The notes under the pieces are model-generated. The model saw only the letters and a list, made by a program, of their open reading frames with translations, made no database searches and was not told where the DNA came from. Positions 27,725-36,934 of a stretch of 48,523 nt of DNA are shown piece after piece; positions within the stretch are counted from its first letter, which is position 1, and each line of letters begins with the position of its first letter. The position numbers were made by a program, and so were the translations under genes. The DNA comes from a virus (Duplodnaviria; Caudoviricetes). Location of the stretch: the IMG/VR virus record IMGVR_UViG_3300044466_000011, positions 1 to 48,523 of that record. One strand, 5' to 3'.

Positions 27725-27730
27725 CAACAA
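27718..27730. promoter_or_regulatory. Operator-like site TTCTTAGCAACAA
   Basis: Exact match to TTSTT-N3-AASAA at the DnaB/RuvC junction. Confidence 0.6.
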
Positions 27731-27741
27731 TGAGGCACCCT

Positions 27742-28395
27742 ATGCAGTTATTCATTGGGATCGACCCCGGCGCGTCAGGCGGCATCGCGCTGCTCGACGC
27801 GAAGGGCCTGGTGGTGTGGGTGGTGAAGATGCCCGACACCGACCAGGACCTGCTCGGCATGCTGACGAAGTGGCCGGCGGAGGGCTGGATGGCGCGCGCG
27901 GTGGTCGAGCGCGTGCACGGGGGCATCGGCCGGCAGGGCGCGTCGGGCATGTTCAACTACGGCCGGAACTACGGCGCGGTGCTGATGGCGCTGGCCGCCG
28001 GCCAGGTGCCGTTCGACACCGTCCCCCCGCAGCGCTGGCAGAAGCTGCTCGGCGTCACCTACCCGAAGGGCGCAACCCAGACCGAGCGCAAGAACATCTC
28101 GAAGCGGCGGGCGCAGCAACTGTTCCCCCGCATCACCGTCACGCACGCGATCGCGGACGCGCTGCTGCTGGCGGACTACTGCCGGCGCACCGCCGGCCCC
28201 ATCCGCGGAGAGGACTCGATACATGGCGAAGAAGAAAGCAGCGAAGAAGACCGCGAGCTCGAAGCCCGCGCGCGCGAAGCGTTCGAAGCCCACGCCGAGC
28301 AAACCGCCAAAGAACGCCGCGCCACCGCGGGCGCGCAAGCCGCTGAAGCAGGACACCCTGCCAGGCCTCGAGCAGGTGCGCGATCGCGTGCTTGA
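27742..28395 (+). CDS. RuvC-like Holliday junction resolvase
   Basis: IGIDPGASGGIA, VVERV, MFNYG, PQRWQK, ADALLLA; the last ~57 codons overlap the next gene. Confidence 0.88.
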   Translation: MQLFIGIDPGASGGIALLDAKGLVVWVVKMPDTDQDLLGMLTKWPAEGWMARAVVERVHGGIGRQGASGMFNYGRNYGAVLMALAAGQVPFDTVPPQRWQKLLGVTYPKGATQTERKNISKRRAQQLFPRITVTHAIADALLLADYCRRTAGPIRGEDSIHGEEESSEEDRELEARAREAFEAHAEQTAKERRATAGAQAAEAGHPARPRAGARSRA

Positions 28396-28687
28396 TCGCT
28401 ACTGCGAGTCGATCGGCGACACGCGCGACCAGATGAACCGGCTGCGCCAGGACGAGGCGGCCGACACCTCGGGCGCGCTGCGCCGCATGCAGGGCCAGGG
28501 CACCGCCCACTACATCCACGCCGGCGTCGAGCTCACGCGCGTGCCTGGAGCCGACAAGCTGCGGGTGCGGCGCACGTCGGCCGACGACGCCCAGGAGCTC
28601 GCGACCCAGGAGCCTGCCGGCGAAGCCGGGGACGGCGGCGAGGGCATGGTCGACCAGGGTGAACTGCACGAGGAGGCGGAGGGCTAA
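28223..28687 (+). CDS. Hypothetical protein with Lys/Ala-rich basic N-terminus and acidic tail
   Basis: GAGG RBS, MAKKKAAKK start, good codon bias, TAATG overlap with the next gene. Confidence 0.75.
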   Translation: MAKKKAAKKTASSKPARAKRSKPTPSKPPKNAAPPRARKPLKQDTLPGLEQVRDRVLDRYCESIGDTRDQMNRLRQDEAADTSGALRRMQGQGTAHYIHAGVELTRVPGADKLRVRRTSADDAQELATQEPAGEAGDGGEGMVDQGELHEEAEG

Positions 28688-29679
28688 TGTCAAGCGCCAA
28701 AATATCCCGACGTCGGGACACCCTGTTCGACGTGCGGCCGATCGCGCTCGACGGGTTCACCCTGCACGCGCGAGGTGTCGAGGCGCACGGGAAGCCGACG
28801 GCCAAGCAGTGGGTGGCGGTGGCACAGTATGCCGCCGCCACCGAGGCCGCCTCGCCTTACTGGATCGGGTCGCTGATGGCGTATGCGGAGAGCCGCGACG
28901 ACTGGCGCGAGAAGCTCGACCAGATGGTGTCGCTGACCGGGCTCTCGGAGAAAACGATCCGCAACCACACCGCGGTGGTGCGCTCGGTCGAGCCGCCGGA
29001 GCTCGAGCTCGCGCCGACGTTCAGCCACGCCGCGGCGGTGGCCGGCCTGACCAGGCCCCAGCAGACTCGGGTGCTGACCAACGCGAAGCTGGAAGGCTGG
29101 ACGGTCAGCCAGACGGCGCGCGCGGTCCGGCACATCAAGCGGCCGCTGGTGCTCGAGGGCCAGGCGGAGCTCGCCGGCGAGTATCGGGTGGTCTACGCGG
29201 CACCGGACTGGGGGCGGATGACGGTCGAGAAGATCGCCGGCCTGCCGGTGGCGGCGCACGTGCAGCGCCAGGCGGCGCTCTTCCTCTGGGCCCCGCCCAG
29301 GCTCCTGCTGGCCCGCCCTGGCGTCGTCGACGTGCTCGAGGCCTGGGGCTTCACCTACCAGACGAACGCCGTCTGGGACCGGGTGATCGAGGGCAGCGGG
29401 GGCAAGTTCCTGTCGGTCAGTCACGAGCACCTGGTGATTGCAACCCGTGGCGATATTCACGCAGACGTGACAGACTTCCGGCCGCGCTCGGTCTACCTGG
29501 AGCGCCGCACCCTGGGCGAGTCTCACGTCAAGCCGTCAGAGGTGCGAACATGGATCCACAAACTCTTCGCGACTGGTCCCTTCCTCGAGCTCTTCGGGTC
29601 CAAGCGGACGGAGGGCTGGAGCAGCTTCGGCCACGACCCCTCGCAATGGGCGGCGCAGGCCAGAACGGGGACCGGATGA
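28687..29679 (+). CDS. MT-A70-like methyltransferase fused to an N-terminal helical domain; catalytic motif degenerate
   Basis: YRVVYAAPDW (vs YADPPW), LFLWA, LEAWGFTY, HEHLVIATRG, H.KP, FLELF. Confidence 0.82.
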   Translation: MSSAKISRRRDTLFDVRPIALDGFTLHARGVEAHGKPTAKQWVAVAQYAAATEAASPYWIGSLMAYAESRDDWREKLDQMVSLTGLSEKTIRNHTAVVRSVEPPELELAPTFSHAAAVAGLTRPQQTRVLTNAKLEGWTVSQTARAVRHIKRPLVLEGQAELAGEYRVVYAAPDWGRMTVEKIAGLPVAAHVQRQAALFLWAPPRLLLARPGVVDVLEAWGFTYQTNAVWDRVIEGSGGKFLSVSHEHLVIATRGDIHADVTDFRPRSVYLERRTLGESHVKPSEVRTWIHKLFATGPFLELFGSKRTEGWSSFGHDPSQWAAQARTGTG

Positions 29680-29987
29680 AGGTCACACGCACTGTCTCGG
29701 CGGATGCCGCGCACGTCGACCTGGCGGTCGTCGTCGAGCGCATGCTCATCGAGCTCGGGCCGCTTCACGAGGGCGAGCTCCGCATCACGCTCGAGCGCGT
29801 GCCGCCGGCGCTCGAAGCCATCACTCGGCCGATCGTGACCATGGACCTGGCGCGGCCGCGAGGCTTCCACTATCGCTGCTGCTGCGGATGGGAGACGGAC
29901 GACGTGGTCGACCTGACGAAGCACCTCGAGAAACACGGGGCGCGGCAGCTGACAGTGATCCCGGAAAACTACAAGGAGCGGTCGTGA
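29676..29987 (+). CDS. Hypothetical protein, possible Zn finger
   Basis: ATGA overlap; RCCCGW..HLEKH. Confidence 0.6.
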   Translation: MKVTRTVSADAAHVDLAVVVERMLIELGPLHEGELRITLERVPPALEAITRPIVTMDLARPRGFHYRCCCGWETDDVVDLTKHLEKHGARQLTVIPENYKERS

Positions 29988-30319
29988 TCGCCTACTGCGT
30001 GAGACTGGAATGCCACCGGATCGCCGACGTGCTGCCGGTGCTGAAGATCTGGGCCCCGAAGGCGCTCTACCCGCGCGATCCGCCGGCGCGCGTGTTCATG
30101 GGGCTGACGTTCTGCCGGCGCTGCGCGCACGAGACAACGGTGACCGAGCTCGTGCCGCCTGGTGATTGGTTCCCGCTGCTCGCGGAGTTCCGCCGGCAGC
30201 GCGGCGGGCAGCGCCCCGACTTCTCGACCACCGAGATCGAGTGGATCCCGCTCGAGAGCTCGGAGGCCCTGGCCTTCATTGCCACCATCCCCGCCCCCGA
30301 GAAGGGCATCGTCCACTGA
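29984..30319 (+). CDS. Hypothetical Cys-containing protein
   Basis: AGGAG RBS, GTGA overlap; C..C and CRRC. Confidence 0.6.
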   Translation: MIAYCVRLECHRIADVLPVLKIWAPKALYPRDPPARVFMGLTFCRRCAHETTVTELVPPGDWFPLLAEFRRQRGGQRPDFSTTEIEWIPLESSEALAFIATIPAPEKGIVH

Positions 30320-30338
30320 TGTTAGCTACAATGCCGGC

Positions 30339-31706
30339 ATGCCCAAGGCCCTCCCGCTCCTGATTGCCCTGGCCCTGCAGACGACCGCGGGGCCCACCCC
30401 TCAACAGATTCGCGACCAACTCGAGCAGATCAACCGCCAGGTCGAGGCGCTGATCGCGCAGCTGCCCAAGACGGTCCCGATCACCACCGCGGCCGAGCTC
30501 CAGGCGGCGCTCGACGCCGGCGGCACGGTGGAGCTCCCGCGAGGCATGACCTACGTCGGGTCGTTCACCATCTCGCGCAGCAACACGGTGCTGATTGGCA
30601 GCGGGTCAGGTATCTCCGGCGGCACCGCCGCGGCGCTGACCATTCGCCCAGGCGTCAACGACGTCAACGTGTCCGACCTGGTGCTCGTCTCGAGCTCGCC
30701 CGGCGCGGTGCTGCTCTGCGGTTACAACGGCGCACCACAGACCACGCTGGCGATGCAGCCCAAGCGCATCACGCTGACGAACATCACGATCCCCACGCAC
30801 CGCGGCAAGCGCGGGATCGAGTTCAACTGCAGCGGCTCGATCCTCGCGAGCTCGATCGCCGACGTGTGGACGTCCGGCCAGGACTCGCAAGCGATCGCGC
30901 TGCTCAACAGCTGTGGGCCGGTGGTGATCCAGGGCGGCACCTCCGTCGCGGCCAGCGAGAACATCATCACCGGCGGCGACACGCTGAAGATCACCGACTG
31001 CCCGAATGGCGTGGGCACCGACCTGCTGATCGACGGCGTGACGCTCTCGAAGCCCGAGGCCTGGCGCACCGACGGCGTCGACCGCGAGGTGAAGAACCTG
31101 CTCGAGCTCAAGGCCTGGAAGAAGGTGCTGGTGCGCGACTCGACGCTGTCCGGCAGCTGGGGCCCGACGTTCCTGGGTGCGCAGGACGGCAGCGCGATCG
31201 TGATCACGCCGAAGAACGGGCAATACATTGCGGACGTGACGATCGAGAACGTGACCGTCGAGCGCGCGAGCTCGGGCCTGCAGCTGATGGGCAAGGACTA
31301 CAACAGCGTCACGCCGATCGCGACGACCAACGTGGTCATTCGCAACTCGCGCTTCCTCAACCTGACGAAGACCTGGGGCGGCCGCGGCATCTTCGCGCTC
31401 GTGGTCGACGGCATGCAGGCGCTGACGGTCGAGAACACGTTCGCCACCTTCGACGGTCCCGCGATCATCCAATGCGACACGCGCGTGCCGGTCGGGCCGC
31501 TCGCGTTCCGCACCAACGAGATGCACACCGGGCCCTACGGGGTGATGGCACCAGGCGTCAACTTCGGCGGGACACCACCGCCCACCTACGCCGGCCGCGC
31601 CTGCGTCACCACGTTCGACGGCAACACCCTGGGCGGGGCAGCGTCGACGTTCAAGACCAACTACCCGGCCAACGTCTACGTGGCGCGTGATGCCATCGCG
31701 CAGTAA
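30339..31706 (+). CDS. Secreted right-handed beta-helix (pectin-lyase-like) protein
   Basis: Signal-like MPKALPLLIALALQ, LQAALDAGG.V.LP.G..Y.G.FTI, VKNLLELK, beta-helix periodicity; TACAAT ends 6 nt upstream (leaderless). Confidence 0.75.
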   Translation: MPKALPLLIALALQTTAGPTPQQIRDQLEQINRQVEALIAQLPKTVPITTAAELQAALDAGGTVELPRGMTYVGSFTISRSNTVLIGSGSGISGGTAAALTIRPGVNDVNVSDLVLVSSSPGAVLLCGYNGAPQTTLAMQPKRITLTNITIPTHRGKRGIEFNCSGSILASSIADVWTSGQDSQAIALLNSCGPVVIQGGTSVAASENIITGGDTLKITDCPNGVGTDLLIDGVTLSKPEAWRTDGVDREVKNLLELKAWKKVLVRDSTLSGSWGPTFLGAQDGSAIVITPKNGQYIADVTIENVTVERASSGLQLMGKDYNSVTPIATTNVVIRNSRFLNLTKTWGGRGIFALVVDGMQALTVENTFATFDGPAIIQCDTRVPVGPLAFRTNEMHTGPYGVMAPGVNFGGTPPPTYAGRACVTTFDGNTLGGAASTFKTNYPANVYVARDAIAQ

Positions 31707-32241
31707 GCCCAAGCGCAAGCCGCCCGGCGCTCGAGCGCAACACGACCCGGATGCGCTCACCAACGGGCAGCTGCTGTTCGCCCAGGCCTATCTCGAGAAC
31801 GGGTGCAACGGCGCGCGCGCGTATCGCGAGACACACCCGAAGGCCAACAACCAGACCTGCCAGGTCGAGGCCTGCCGATTACTCAGGGAACCCAAGGTGC
31901 GCGCCTTCGTCGACGCCGGCCTGGCCGAGCGGCGCAAGCGCATGGCAATGGAGGGCGACGAAGCCATCGCGCTGCTCTCGGCTCGAGCGCGTGCGAACCT
32001 GACCCACGCCTACGACGGCCAGGGCAAGCTGCTGCCCTTCGAGCTCTGGCCCATCGAGCTCCAGCTGGCGCTCAAGAGCCACGACGGCGACAAGGTGACC
32101 CTGCACGACGGGCTGAAGGCCGCGGAGCTCATGGCGCGCGCCACGGGCCGGCTGAAGGACAGCGTCGACCTGACGCACAAGTTCGACCACGCGAAGCACC
32201 TGGCGGGCATCGACACGCCCCCACCACCACCGGAGGACTGA
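31690..32241 (+). CDS. terS: Terminase small subunit
   Basis: LT..Q..FAQAYL..GCNGARAY..ACRLLREPKVRAFV HTH; KVTLHD..KAAELMAR. Confidence 0.88.
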   Translation: MPSRSKPKRKPPGARAQHDPDALTNGQLLFAQAYLENGCNGARAYRETHPKANNQTCQVEACRLLREPKVRAFVDAGLAERRKRMAMEGDEAIALLSARARANLTHAYDGQGKLLPFELWPIELQLALKSHDGDKVTLHDGLKAAELMARATGRLKDSVDLTHKFDHAKHLAGIDTPPPPPED

Positions 32242-32507
32242 TGCCCAAGCACACACCGACGATCCCGCGCCAGGAGCTCGAGGACACCGCAGACCTGCTC
32301 GTCGCTGAGTCGCGCCAGGCGCGCCGCGCGATGGGTGAGAACTGGTGCGAGCTCTGTGGCACGACGGTCCCGAGCGAGTCGTTCCTGGGCCACGCCACGA
32401 TGCACTGCGCACTCCTGCTCGCGGTGCTCGGGGCCAAGGCGGACCTGCTGCTCGAGGAGCTCCGCGCGAACAAGCCAACAACGACACCCGGAAAAGAGAA
32501 GCGCTGA
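32241..32507 (+). CDS. Hypothetical protein (C2H2-like)
   Basis: GGAGG RBS; WCELC..H...HC. Confidence 0.6.
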   Translation: MPKHTPTIPRQELEDTADLLVAESRQARRAMGENWCELCGTTVPSESFLGHATMHCALLLAVLGAKADLLLEELRANKPTTTPGKEKR

Positions 32508-32541
32508 GGTAGACTCTCGCCCGGCGGGAGGAGGTGGCGGG

Positions 32542-33615
32542 ATGCGACGACTGACAATGGCGGTGCTGGCGCTCGTGGTGGCGGTGGGGGTGGTGCGGCT
32601 GGCCGCCTACAATCACCACTTCAGCATGTGGAGTTTCGCCTGGGGCAACAGCCCGCAGCCGCGGACCCTCGAGGCGCACGCGGACGTGTTCGCGGACTAC
32701 ACCGAGGGCCAGACGTTCCTGCGGGTGCGGGTCGACGGGTTCCAGTATGGCCGCTATTGTTGGGACGGCTACGACGAGGGCAACGGATGGTGCGCCGACA
32801 CCGCGCACCCTGATATCGCCGGCTGGAGGTCCCAGGCGAACCAGCGCGTCGAGAGCCAGGTCCTGAACGGGTGCTACACGTCGACCGTGATGATCTACTT
32901 CGACGGCAGCGTTCGCGAGAACTACCCGATCGGCTACTGCTACTACCCACCGCCGCCGCCCTATGAACCCGCGACCAACGAGAGCGAATGCTCGGAGGTG
33001 TCCGCCTATTACGGGTGGGAGTGGTATTACTGGAACGGCGAGACGTGCAGCGGACCCTCGAGCCCGATCCTGATCGCCACCGGCAACAGCCGCACCTACA
33101 CGCTCGATCGCCAGGCCAGCGTGGCGTTCGACATTGACGCCGACGGGGACCTGGACCAGGTCGCCTGGACGAAGCGCAACTCTGACGTCGCCTTCCTGGC
33201 GGTCGACCGCAACGGCAACGGGCTGATCGACGACGGCCGCGAGCTCCTGGGTTCCGCGACGGTGCCAGGCAAGCGCACTGGGTTCGATGCGCTGCGCACG
33301 CTCGCCGGCGGCCTCGAGATGGGCCACCTGAACGCCGAGAACGGTGGCGAGCTCTGGACGAGCCTGCTGCTCTGGCACGATCGCAACCAGGACGGCATCT
33401 CGGGACCTGGTGAGCTCTCGCCGGCGAGCTCGGTGCTCGAGGCGATCGGCCTGGGCTACGAGACGCTGCCGCGGAAGGATGGCGTCAGCAACACGTTCCG
33501 CTACCGCGGCTGGGCGCGCAAGCTGGCGGCACCAGGCCAGGGCAAGGAAGCCCGCACGCTGGGTGCGCCGGCGCGCGAGTTCGATATCTTCGACGTCTAC
33601 CTCGCCTACCGATGA
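32542..33615 (+). CDS. Secreted protein with Dx[DN]xDG Ca-binding-like motifs (host-derived moron)
   Basis: Signal peptide; SPILI..FDIDADG..VAWT..AFLAVDRNGNGLIDDGRELLG..GFDAL..LLLW.DRNQDGIS..EL. Confidence 0.8.
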   Translation: MRRLTMAVLALVVAVGVVRLAAYNHHFSMWSFAWGNSPQPRTLEAHADVFADYTEGQTFLRVRVDGFQYGRYCWDGYDEGNGWCADTAHPDIAGWRSQANQRVESQVLNGCYTSTVMIYFDGSVRENYPIGYCYYPPPPPYEPATNESECSEVSAYYGWEWYYWNGETCSGPSSPILIATGNSRTYTLDRQASVAFDIDADGDLDQVAWTKRNSDVAFLAVDRNGNGLIDDGRELLGSATVPGKRTGFDALRTLAGGLEMGHLNAENGGELWTSLLLWHDRNQDGISGPGELSPASSVLEAIGLGYETLPRKDGVSNTFRYRGWARKLAAPGQGKEARTLGAPAREFDIFDVYLAYR

Positions 33616-33818
33616 CCGCTGACGACCTGGCTCCCGCGGACCGCATTTCCGCCCAGGAATACTACGTGCGTAAGGACCGCAAACGGCGGGACTTCAGGGA
33701 CAGCCGGCGACGGGAGCGCCGGCTGGCCGAGCGGCTGCGGAAGCCGCGCACCCCCTGGCCCCAGATCTGGACCCGCAACGACGCCATGCGACGGGTCATG
33801 GCTTCCAACTACCGCTGA
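33612..33818 (+). CDS. Hypothetical Arg-rich protein
   Basis: ATGA overlap; fills the gap. Confidence 0.45.
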   Translation: MTADDLAPADRISAQEYYVRKDRKRRDFRDSRRRERRLAERLRKPRTPWPQIWTRNDAMRRVMASNYR

Positions 33819-33830
33819 CCAGGAGACGAC

Positions 33831-34175
33831 ATGCTGCTTGCCCTACTTCTCGCCGCGACGATGCAGACCACGGCGAACGTCAAGAACCCCCGGAACATCG
33901 AGTTCACCTGCCCCGACCACGCGCGTGACGACGAGCACCGGGTGAACATCTACAAGAGCGACGGCACCCTGGTGCAGACGATCGTCATTGGTGACCCGGT
34001 GGCGGGCGCTGATGGTATCGTGCGCGCCACGCTCAACGTCCAGCCGATCGCCTTCGGCACCGGGTTCTACGTCACCGTGCACGCGATCGCGGCTGGGGCG
34101 TTCAGCGACGAGAGTGCGCACTCGAATCTCTTCGACCGCGTGCCTGGGTCGCCGACCAACACGATCGTCAAGTGA
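33831..34175 (+). CDS. Small secreted FN3/Ig-like protein
   Basis: AGGAG RBS; MLLALLLAA signal; YVTVHA..S.ES..SN pattern. Confidence 0.65.
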   Translation: MLLALLLAATMQTTANVKNPRNIEFTCPDHARDDEHRVNIYKSDGTLVQTIVIGDPVAGADGIVRATLNVQPIAFGTGFYVTVHAIAAGAFSDESAHSNLFDRVPGSPTNTIVK

Positions 34176-34282
34176 TCCCCGAGGGCGTGTGGATAGCGTT
34201 CTGTGCCGGCATCCTCGTCGGCCTCTGCCTGGGTGCCGGTGGTGTGATTGTCCTGGCCGCCCTGGTGTCAGAGCGGCGATGA
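34172..34282 (+). CDS. 36-aa membrane peptide
   Basis: GTGA overlap; VWIAFCAGILVGLCLGAGGVIVLAALV hydrophobic; below the ORF-track cutoff. Confidence 0.45.
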   Translation: MIPEGVWIAFCAGILVGLCLGAGGVIVLAALVSERR

Positions 34283-34294
34283 AAGGTGGCACGT

Positions 34295-34483
34295 ATGGAC
34301 GCACGCAAAGCGCTCGAGATCGCCACGGCGATCGTCGACGACCTGTTCACCAACGGCGCGGGCGAGGCGGCCGACCGCCTGGTGATGATCCAGGAGCTCG
34401 AGGGCGGGCGGCGCAGGGACCTGGGCGGCTGGAGCAAGGTGGCGGTGCAAGACCGGGTCGCCAAGCTGCTCGAGGGCGTGTGA
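34295..34483 (+). CDS. Hypothetical protein
   Basis: AAGGTG RBS; normal codon bias. Confidence 0.55.
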   Translation: MDARKALEIATAIVDDLFTNGAGEAADRLVMIQELEGGRRRDLGGWSKVAVQDRVAKLLEGV

Positions 34484-34514
34484 CTGTGAGCGCTGGCCGG
34501 CCGGGTGCCGGCGC

Positions 34515-36050
34515 ATGAGTAGCACGGTCGACGGCGAGGAGCTCACCGCGGCGGTGCGCGAGCGCTTCCGGCGCTGGCGCTGGTATCCCGACACCATGGT
34601 GCGCGAGGAGTTCGGCGTCGAGCCGGACGCCTGGCAGAAGGAAGCGCTGCGCGCGTTCCCGCACAACCAGCGGCTCGCCATGAAGGCCTGCAAGGGGCCG
34701 GGAAAGACCACGACCATGGCGTGGTTGATCCTCAACTTCCTGGCGACCAGGCCGCACCCGAAGATCGGCGCGACGTCGATCACCGGCGACAACCTGGACA
34801 CCAACCTCTGGCCCGAGATCTCGAAGTGGATGGGGAAGAGCCAGTTCTTCTCCGAGACGTTTGTCTGGACCGCCTCGAGAGTCAGCCACCGCTACCACCC
34901 GCAGACCTGGTTCGCGGTCGCCCGCACCTGGCCGAAGCAGGCCGACGCTGACCAGCAGGCCGATGCGCTCGCCGGCATTCACGCCGACTACGTGGCGTTC
35001 TTCCTCGACGAGGTGGGCGGCATCCCCCAGGCGGTGATGGCGACCGCCGAGGCGGTGCTCGCGTCGGGCATCGAGTCGAAGGTCGTGATCGGCGGCAACC
35101 CCACGCACACCACCGGACCGCTCTACGCAGCCTGCACAAGCCAGCGGCACCTCTGGTATGTCGTGACGATCACCGGCGACCCGCTGAACCCGCAGCGCTC
35201 GCCGCGCATCTCGGTGCAATACGCCCAGGAGCAGATCGACCTATACGGGCGCGACAACCCCTGGGTCATGGTCAACGTGCTCGGGGAGTTCCCGCCGGCG
35301 AGCATCAACGCGCTGCTCGGCATCGAGGACGTGGAGCGCGCCATGAACCGCCACCTGCGTCCGGATGCCTACGAGTGGGCGCAGAAGCGCATCGGCGTCG
35401 ACGTCGCGCGGTTCGGCGACGATCGCACGGTGCTGTTCCCGCGGCAGGGCCTGGCGTCGTTCAAGCCGGTGATCCTGCGCCAGGTGCGCACCACCGAGAT
35501 CGCGACGAAGATCATGCGCGCCGAGCAGCTGTGGCAGCGCAGCGGCAGCAAGGACGTGCTGATCATGGTCGACGACACCGGGCACTGGGGCCACGGCGCG
35601 GTCGACATTCTCATCACCGCCGGCAAGCCGGTGATCCCGATCATCGCGAGCGCGCCCTCGCTCAACAAGCGCTACAAGACCGTGCGCGACGAGCTCTGGC
35701 TCGCCGGCGCGGACTGGGTCAAGAAGGGCGGGGTGCTGCCGAAGATCCCCGAGATGGTGCGCGAGCTCATTGAGCCGACCTACTCGTTCATCGGCGGCAA
35801 GTTCGTGGTCGAGCCCAAGGACCTGGTGAAGAAGCGCCTGGGCTACTCGCCCGACCTGGCCGACGGGCTGTTCCAGACGTTCGCGCTGCCCGACGCGCCC
35901 GCCGATATCATGCAGCGCCTGGCGGACCGCTCGAGAGCCAGCACCGACTACCACCCCTACGAGATCGCCGGCGACCACATGGGCCGCCAGGACTACGACG
36001 ACGGCGTGGGCAAGGTGTCGCTCGACTTCGACCCCTTCGACCGGAGGTAG
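34515..36050 (+). CDS. terL: Terminase large subunit
   Basis: ACKGPGKT Walker A, FFLDE Walker B, GNP, IGVDVARFGDDRT, SPDLAD. Confidence 0.95.
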   Translation: MSSTVDGEELTAAVRERFRRWRWYPDTMVREEFGVEPDAWQKEALRAFPHNQRLAMKACKGPGKTTTMAWLILNFLATRPHPKIGATSITGDNLDTNLWPEISKWMGKSQFFSETFVWTASRVSHRYHPQTWFAVARTWPKQADADQQADALAGIHADYVAFFLDEVGGIPQAVMATAEAVLASGIESKVVIGGNPTHTTGPLYAACTSQRHLWYVVTITGDPLNPQRSPRISVQYAQEQIDLYGRDNPWVMVNVLGEFPPASINALLGIEDVERAMNRHLRPDAYEWAQKRIGVDVARFGDDRTVLFPRQGLASFKPVILRQVRTTEIATKIMRAEQLWQRSGSKDVLIMVDDTGHWGHGAVDILITAGKPVIPIIASAPSLNKRYKTVRDELWLAGADWVKKGGVLPKIPEMVRELIEPTYSFIGGKFVVEPKDLVKKRLGYSPDLADGLFQTFALPDAPADIMQRLADRSRASTDYHPYEIAGDHMGRQDYDDGVGKVSLDFDPFDRR

Positions 36051-36051
36051 C

Positions 36052-36597
36052 GTGATCACTGTCCGCCCTGCGCAGCTGGACGACCTGGAAACCCTCGCCG
36101 ACCTGGCGCGATCGTTCATCGAGAAGACCCGCTACGCGCGCTTCCTGTCGTTCGATCGCGCCACGGTGCTGCAGTTCCTCCAGCTGCTCCTGGTGCGCGG
36201 GCTCCTGGTGGTCGCCGAGCCCACCGCCAGGCCTGGGCAGCTGGTCGGATTCGTCGCCGCGGTCTACGGCCACGACCCGATCGGGGGCACTAAGATGCTC
36301 GATGAACTGGCGTGGTGGGTCGAACCCGTGTATCGTAACGGTCGCACGGGCCCCAAGCTGTTGCGCGCGCTCGAGGCGTGGGCACAAGCCAATGGGGTCA
36401 ACACCATCACCATGAAGGCCCCGGTCGACACCGACGTCGGCCGGTTTTACGAGCGGCACGGCTACGAGCCTGTCGAGACGGTCCACTTCAAGAGGCTGAC
36501 GCATGGGGCTGATGACCGGTCTGTTGCTGGGGGGCGCGATCCTGAGCGGCTGGAGAGCGATGCAGGGCGCGCAGAAGAAGACCGAAGCGGAGTATGA
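36052..36597 (+). CDS. GNAT acetyltransferase
   Basis: VRPAQLDD, ELAWWVEPVYRNGRTGPKLL..EAWA, FYERHGY; C-terminus overlaps the next gene. Confidence 0.88.
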   Translation: MITVRPAQLDDLETLADLARSFIEKTRYARFLSFDRATVLQFLQLLLVRGLLVVAEPTARPGQLVGFVAAVYGHDPIGGTKMLDELAWWVEPVYRNGRTGPKLLRALEAWAQANGVNTITMKAPVDTDVGRFYERHGYEPVETVHFKRLTHGADDRSVAGGRDPERLESDAGRAEEDRSGV

Positions 36598-36931
36598 CGC
36601 CGGCAAGGACCCGGAGACGGGCATGCCCGCCAACTGGCCGGCGGGCGTCACGCCCGAGGAGGCCTACGCCTGGCGGCGCAATCGCACGATCGCGGGCCGC
36701 GAGCAGATGATCGCCACCGGCGCAGCCCGAGCGGCCAAGACCGACGTCGAGGAGAGCGGCATCCCCAACGCTGCCGCGATGGAGAGCGCCAACACCAGGG
36801 ACGCCCTGAAGGCCGGTGCACGCACCAGGCGGCGCGCCTCCGCCGGCAACAGCGGCCGGGTCACCACCGGCCCGAGCTCCACGCCTGGCGTCACCGCCGG
36901 CGGCAGCGCGCGCTCGCTGATCGGCTACTAG
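36503..36931 (+). CDS. Small virion-associated protein preceding portal
   Basis: GAGG RBS; ..TGP..GV...RSLIG C-terminus typical of pre-portal genes in this phage group. Confidence 0.7.
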   Translation: MGLMTGLLLGGAILSGWRAMQGAQKKTEAEYDAGKDPETGMPANWPAGVTPEEAYAWRRNRTIAGREQMIATGAARAAKTDVEESGIPNAAAMESANTRDALKAGARTRRRASAGNSGRVTTGPSSTPGVTAGGSARSLIGY

Positions 36932-36934
36932 ACC

